Assembly (NCBI GenBank): GCA_951406725.2
Contig: OX597815.1
Span: 106,578,001-106,642,000, forward strand
Origin: Octopus vulgaris
Taxonomy: Eukaryota
Reading direction: 5' to 3'
Length of the DNA stretch: 64,000 bases
Of this stretch, positions 56,928 through 64,000 are shown one piece after another. The position numbers were made by a program, and so were the translations under genes. How positions within the stretch are numbered: position 1 is the stretch's first letter; every line of letters begins with the position of its first letter. A model generated the notes under the pieces. That model did no database searches. It saw only the letters and a list, made by a program, of their open reading frames with translations, and was not told the origin of the DNA.

Positions 56928-57322
56928 CATCATCATCATTGTTCGACCGTGGTCGAGACAATGGAATTTACCGTGCTACGCCAGACTTCACGGTCCATCA
57001 TGGCATTACGGAGGTCCTGTTGCTGGATGCCTGTATCCCTGGAGATTACATCAGGGTAGGAGAGTGTGCGCCCTCTGGTATTGCGAGTAGATGGCTTCCA
57101 GAAGAAAAGAGTAGAAATTGCCTCGTTTTCAGCTCTACAGCAATGTCCAGCAAACTGGACTCTCCTACCTTTCACAAGAGATGACACAGGTGGTTGTTTC
57201 CCATATATTTGCATTTTGGTTGGATGACGCTTCCACGTGAGATTTTGAGCTCTCATAAGGAGGCGAGTGTAGGTTCCATCCAACCGCCTCTCAAGCTTCT
57301 TTGATAATGTCCAGGTTATAAC
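56928..57322 (-). mobile_element. 5'-truncated RTE-type LINE with (TGA)n tail and 7-bp TSD
   Basis: TWTLSKKLERRLDGTYTRLL..RRVQFAGHC..MMDREVWR..; gccctgt at 56921-56927 and 57323-57329. Confidence 0.92.
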
Positions 57323-57988
57323 GCCCTGTAATAACAGCACCGATGACAGCTCTAACAACTGCAAAGGCAACAACAACTCCAGGCCCGGAGCCACCGGAAG
57401 ATACAGCAGAAGCGTGAACACAGCCAGCACTCAAGTTCGAAGATATATAGAGAGAGAAATCAAGAGAGGGAAGGAAAGAGGTGAAGAGTGGAATGTTGGT
57501 AACTAGTCAGAAAAAGTAGTTTGTAATTTAATTTACTGATATTGCAAATAAACTGATATGCACACATAACAATCTGTCATATTTCTTTTGGTTTGTACCC
57601 TTAAATATTACCTAACATCAGCTGTCTTTTGTCCTATGGTTGTTTTGCCCAACAGTAACAATTATAAACTTTGATATAGTGATTTTGTCTAGGTTATGTG
57701 GTATCTAAAGGGTTGACTAAAGTAATAAACATGGAACACTTAAATTATATATTATGAATATAACCATAAAAACTGCCAGGATAATTTGCAACTGTGATGA
57801 ATAAACCAACCTCACTGGAATTAATGAAATATATTGTCAGTGAATAATGATACCTACCTATAAGCTTTGTAGAAGACGATGCAATGAGGCTCTTATCTTT
57901 TATGTCGTGAAGTGAAATGAGCTTGGAATTAAGGCAGAAGATATTCGCAGTACTTAAAAAGTACATTACGCTATACTGTATCATTATA

Positions 57989-58210
57989 CTGGCAGAATCA
58001 TTAGCACGCCTGGCGAAATGCTTAGCAGTATTTCGCCTGCCGCTACGTTCTGAGTTCAAATTCCGCCGAGGTCGACTTTGCCTTTCATCCTTTCGGGGTC
58101 GATAGATTAAGTAGCAGTTACGCACAGGGGTCGATGTAATCGACTTAATCTGTTTGTCTGTCCCTGTTTGTCCCCTCTGTGTTTAGCCCCTTGTGCGTAG
58201 TAAAGAAATA
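57989..58210 (+). mobile_element. SINE family A
   Basis: ctggcagaatcattagcacg..gttcaaattccgccgaggtcgactttgcctttcatcctttcggggtcgat; possible TSD gctata(c/t)tgtatca. Confidence 0.9.
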
Positions 58211-59835
58211 GCTATATTGTATCACACTGCACTTATATTTTAGTACACTAATACATTATGCTATACTGCATTATATTGACTACATAATACTACATTCGAG
58301 TCAGAGAGACAATCTACGTAGTCCATCGTCCTTCTAGAAAGAGCAACCACATTTCCTTTAATAAGATGTTGTTTAAGCTAGAGATCGTCGCTGTTCTATT
58401 AAGATACTGTCATCTTTCGTCGAGCATAGTATACCTTGGATTACACTATACAATGTGTTCTGACTTGTTAGGATGTGAGTTGAGGAAAATATATCCACTA
58501 TTGCTGTTGGATCGAGCGATCATGCAAAGTCGACTCCGTAAATATGAAAAGTTGAATATAAATCAGCTTATTTTTTCAGCTTGACAACAATTTAAAAGTT
58601 TTTTACAAAAAAAAAAAAATGACGTAGATTAAATGGGTACATGTTTGGTATCTAGTTTATCTACGTTATTATTACCTTATTATAATAGAAAGCAAATTAA
58701 ATCCCGCTCTGTCAAAGATATAGGAAATTCCATATGATAGGGTTCAAGTCAAAGACGAGATACACTTCCACCATTATGGATTTAAAAAGTAGTATAATTA
58801 GTGTGAAGCGTCATTCCAGACAATCTTCAAGGTGCATTTAAAATTAATGAATTCCAAACTCTAATTGTTTGATATCAGTCAGTTATTGTCACCGAAAAAG
58901 CCTTTTCCCAAGTGATCACAATAAGCGGTGTGCTTTTGTTTGCATGCTATTGAAATGCAAGTAAAATTATAAGATTTGAGAAAATTAGTACAACTCTTTT
59001 AAAAAATACCAGAGTTACTATAAAAATCTCATACGGCAAATCGACTAATTGAGAACCTTATTCCCAAGAAACATCAAGTATCCACCGAGTAGCATCTAAA
59101 TTGCAGAAAATGTGTTTGTGCCTAATTATTCATTTTAAAGTTTTTAAAGATTCACCATTAACAACTCCATTACTTTTTCACTCAGTTTTTGTTGGATGTC
59201 TACGAAAATGTATGCTCAAATTGAGCATATTTATGGTTAAAGAAATCCTAGGTTTGATTATCTAGTCATTTTCCAGGCACAATGCACGCAAAACTACATC
59301 ATCAAATGTGTCATATTTTTCGAAGACGGTCGAATGTAATTAAAGATCTGATTGTTATTTATAGCCGATCAGACCGTAGGATCTCTTAAGAAGAACTCAG
59401 CTCTCATCAAATATCAGTAATATTCTAAGCGGTTACGAGGACTCTATGAAAATATTTTTAGTCTTGTCGAAAGAATCTAATATTTTTGTTATGGATTCGT
59501 AGGCGATTATGAAATTTTCACCTAATACAATATTTCTTTCAAATTAACAAGAAAGTAACTTAGTTGAATAGTAACATGAATTGGGTTTTGTTGGAATAAC
59601 AGAAAAGTCGATGATTTTAAGTTACTGGTCTTACATGTTGTGAGCCGAATAACATCATCAGCATTATCGAACAGGAAACAAATAATAATCGATCGCAACA
59701 GGCACTGATCAATTTAATATCGAATAACACTTATATAAGCGAAATTTAAAACTTTACCACCACCACCACCACCCCACTAACAGCACCATTCCACCACCAA
59801 TGCTGCCACTGAGGCTGTTGCTGCTGCTGCTGCTG

Positions 59836-59886
<51 letters not shown>

Positions 59887-59909
59887 ACTAACTAACTAAC
59901 TAACTAACT

Positions 59910-60225
59910 CTCCGTCGGTTACGAGGACGAGGTTTCCAGTGGATCCGATCAATGGAACAGCCTGATCGTGAAATTAACGCGCAACTGGCTGAGCACTCCA
60001 CGGACATGCATACCCTTAACGTAGTTCTCAGGGAGATTCAACGTGGCACAGAATGTGATAAGGCTGGCACTTTGAAATACAGGTACTGCTTATTTTCGCC
60101 AGATGAGTGGGCTAGGGCAATGGGAAATAAAGTGTCTTGTTGAAGAACACAACGCGCAGCTGGGTTATCGAACTCACGACCTTACGATCATGAGCTGAAT
60201 ATCTTAACCACTAAGTTACGAGCCT
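59910..60225 (-). mobile_element. CORE-type SINE (family B) inside a (CTA)n/(CTG)n tract
   Basis: Homologous to 8110-8392; (cta)n on both sides. Confidence 0.85.
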
Positions 60226-60229
60226 TCAA

Positions 60230-60369
<140 letters not shown>

Positions 60370-60865
60370 TGTTGATCGTGTGTTTTCTGTGTATGCAGCC
60401 ATCGATTGGGAAATCCATTAGCATCATATTGTTTCTAAAGGAGCTTCAGTGTAAAATATAACAAAATGACAAAAACGAAAAAAGAAGGAAAAAAACCTAA
60501 GGGACACCAAAACAGACAGAGAAAAGGGAATTCAAACAAAAGCAGAACGTATACTAACTGATTGAGTATGTAAAGAAGTGAACGAAAACTAAAAAGCAAA
60601 CATGTAATCAAATTGCAATTCTCGATTGTTTTCTGGTTTATATCAGTCCAAACAGCTCAATTAATATTGTTGTTTTGATGTTTTAAAAAATAATTCTTGA
60701 ATATTTAAAAAAATTTTTAAAGCTGTTTTTGCTATATTTTCTATGATATTTTCATATGTAAAGATGAATTATTCAAATATACTTTTTCAGTGTTGAATGC
60801 AGCAATTTAAAGAGGAATCAAGGCATATATCATACAAACTCATGCATTCATAATTATGGAGAAAT

Positions 60866-60899
<34 letters not shown>

Positions 60900-61002
60900 T
60901 TATGTAGGGACGTCATGCAGGAACACACACTCTTCGACTCTTGCCGATCCCAAATATCGAGTTTTTAAGAACATAATAGAAATAAGTAAAACACGCACAC
61001 AC

Positions 61003-61081
<79 letters not shown>

Positions 61082-61321
61082 TGTGTGTGCGAGTGTGTAC
61101 GTGCCTATCTGGGTTTACGTTGTATGTGTATACCTGTAGAAATGTGCGCACATACATAGATATATAGATAACTATGTGTGTGTGTGTGTGCGTCTGTATG
61201 TGTGAGTGTGTGTATATGAATGTATAATATATATATACGTGTATGTGCACGCATATATAAGTATATATTATAATTATGTATATAATATATAAATGCATGA
61301 GCGTGTGTGTATACACACACA

Positions 61322-61385
<64 letters not shown>

Positions 61386-62109
61386 GAAAGATAAATAGTT
61401 TACTGTCGTGTTCGGAGGAAAAGTAGGAAAAGTGTTCATAAAATGTTTTATTAAACAAATGGGTATACAAAAGTTTAGTGGGTTAAACGTTGATTGCCTT
61501 AGTGATGTGATGGTGGTAATTTGGGCCAAAATTGCTTATGTGTTTGTGGTGATTGTGAAAGTTGTGCTGTTTGTTGTGAAGACAAAGGTTCATGAAATTG
61601 TTATAAAATAAAACAAAGGGAGTGAAAGAAATTACCAATGAACAGAAATTTCGGAGTAAACTCATATTAGAGTAAAGATGTCAAGAAGAAAAATGTAAAC
61701 AGTTTTCTGTAAAAGACTGGAATATCTAAGGAAAAAGCAGAGTGGACTGGAGAGTGAAAGCTTGAAAGAAAGAGATGAAAAAGGAAGCGAAATGGATGAA
61801 CATTTTTGACCGCAAAGATATGATAAATTAAGAGTGAATAATTTATTTGACAGATATCGAGATCGACTGAAAAAATGCTGAGAAAGAATTTAGGAAGGTA
61901 AGCAAATAAATAACTGGTTGGAAGAATGCTTGAACAATAAAGAACCAGCACATATGGATACTGGCATTGGTGAGAAAAGGTTAAAATAAAAAATTTCACT
62001 AGTTCAGTGGTAGAATCCGTTAACAAAACTTCAGCACACGCACTATCAGAGTTTTTGTTTATCTGCTGAGCGGAACAGGGAACTCACTTCAGTACACCCC
62101 ACTTCTCAG

Positions 62110-62360
62110 GTATAACAAAACAGGTAGTTGGAAAATATTTGGTATTATTTATTCACCATTACACATGCTTTATTTGCTGATAGGGATTACAGAAATTTAC
62201 ATGTTAGATAGACATGTAAGGAATTTCCTGTTAGAAATTCTTCAGACAGAGAGATTAAATAATACATGTGAAACTTTGTAATTTCTATTGGCAAATGAAA
62301 CATGTGAAATGGTGAATAAATAATGCCAAGACATTTTTCCAACTTCCTGTTCTGTTATAC
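62110..62360. mobile_element. Fold-back MITE with ~95-bp imperfect TIRs
   Basis: gtataacaaaacaggtagttggaaaat..ttatttattcaccatt mirrored by aatggtgaataaataat..ttttccaacttcctgttctgttatac. Confidence 0.82.
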
Positions 62361-62534
62361 AATAACTCTGCAAATAATATTTCCATAATTTTCAACTTTA
62401 ATACGTATTTTGCATTAAAACATAGTAGCAACTGAGACTACAGACTACATATTGGATTGTAATAATGGAATAAGCAGATGTGTTTCAAGAGGAAGCAACT
62501 GGTATTTACCCAAACTATCTACATTATATACATA

Positions 62535-62587
<53 letters not shown>

Positions 62588-63698
62588 CTATATATATGTC
62601 TATATATATATATGTACCTGTGTATGTACATTGGAGTACATATTTATATTATTCTATTCAAAGACCGTCCCTTAGAAGCCGTACTTTATTCGAATGTCAA
62701 AAGTTATTATGCTTTTGTTACTCAACCTTCGGACACATTCTGAAGAATGAAGAGAAATATAAAATGGGAAATATAAAATCGGAAAAGAAAATACTATTAA
62801 AAGAAAATACTATTTGATTTTTGTTCTTTATTGATCAGTCATACATTATAACTTGATAGCTACAAGTGACTTCTTTTTATCTCATTAAGGAAACTACCTA
62901 TGCCTTGTAATTTAACCAAATGCAAAATAACATTTGATCAATAACCGATGCCTAATATTTAAGAATATTCAAGAACCATCTAATGTTATCTGTGAGTATA
63001 TTCGTTAGTAACAAGAACAAAAACAAGAACTGACAAAACGAAATCGGAGAGAAAATTCGTTGTCAGGAATTTTGGGCAATTCTGAAATATAAAGCTTTGT
63101 AATTTATGGTGTTTAACTAAACGTCAAGCAAATGTAGCAATACAAAGGACAATGGAGTCTGACGAAGTCTGAATGCAGATTTTAGAGTCTCGTTATGACT
63201 ATTGTCGCACAATGTATCTACATGAATTGTCACTATCAATGAGGTGAATGCGTTGCTTTTAGTGAACGAAAGTATAAAAGAAGGGAGACTCAACTTAGGT
63301 AACATTGTGACAGTGTAATATACAAGTGATATGAGTGTTATACTTCGTAAAGGCTTATTCGTTCAACTATTTAGAACGAACAAAACTTAAAACAGCCTTG
63401 GGCTTTCCTTGAATGTTTGTTGGGAAAACGAGGATATAGATTTCAGTTCTTGGTAGAGAGGACATGCTAAAGTTTTCAGCAGATAATCCGAACGTTAGCT
63501 ACCTATAAGAAATAATCCTTTCTACAAGATTCATTTATACATCGGAGTAATTCTCCTCCTGCTCCTGCTCCTCTTCTCTATTACTTACATGTCAAGTAAT
63601 TACAACTGTACGTTGTTTTTCTACGATATTTGCTTATATCCAACTTCGGCGATAAATCTTAGCATATTTGCTCTCGCCGTCATTTACCTAACATACTG

Positions 63699-63847
<149 letters not shown>

Positions 63848-63857
63848 TGTGGTGTGT

Positions 63858-63960
63858 TGGCAGAATCGATTGACGTTGCAGCAATTGCTACAGCTTCTTA
63901 CGTTCTACGTTCAAATCCTGTCGATATCAGCTTTGCCTTTCATCCCTCCTGGTGGGGGGA
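63858..63960 (+). mobile_element. Degraded SINE family A fragment
   Basis: ttggcagaatcg..gttcaaatcc..gctttgcctttcatcc. Confidence 0.6.
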
Positions 63961-64000
63961 TTGAGGGGTTTCGAAGGAAACGTTAATGTCCCTTCTTTCA

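Noticed and set aside
61400-62050. Possible ancient PLE linker/endonuclease remnant on the minus strand
   Set aside because: Only compositional resemblance; no intact diagnostic motif.

Overview
AT-rich, microsatellite-saturated eukaryotic non-coding DNA. The repeat repertoire looks like an octopus/coleoid cephalopod genome (inferred from recalled repeat families, not a database search). No intact host gene is supportable; nearly all listed ORFs are microsatellite translations or decayed transposon fragments. Contents: many tRNA-derived SINEs, five R4/Dong-like (RT + restriction-like endonuclease) LINE fragments at (TAA)n-type tracts, three of them stacked at 47.4-52.7 kb, RTE and CR1/L2/Jockey-group LINE fragments, three dead mariners, two Helitron/Helentron-like elements, fold-back MITEs and several Penelope-like element (PLE) remnants. 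The most interesting signal is eight minimal type-I hammerhead-ribozyme folds from several unrelated short repeat families. They include compensatory swaps of the core 3-8 pair (C-G, U-A, and G-C in two copies), and one sits in an ORF-less 361-bp head-to-tail unit resembling a retrozyme/mini-PLE. Ribozyme activity is untested.
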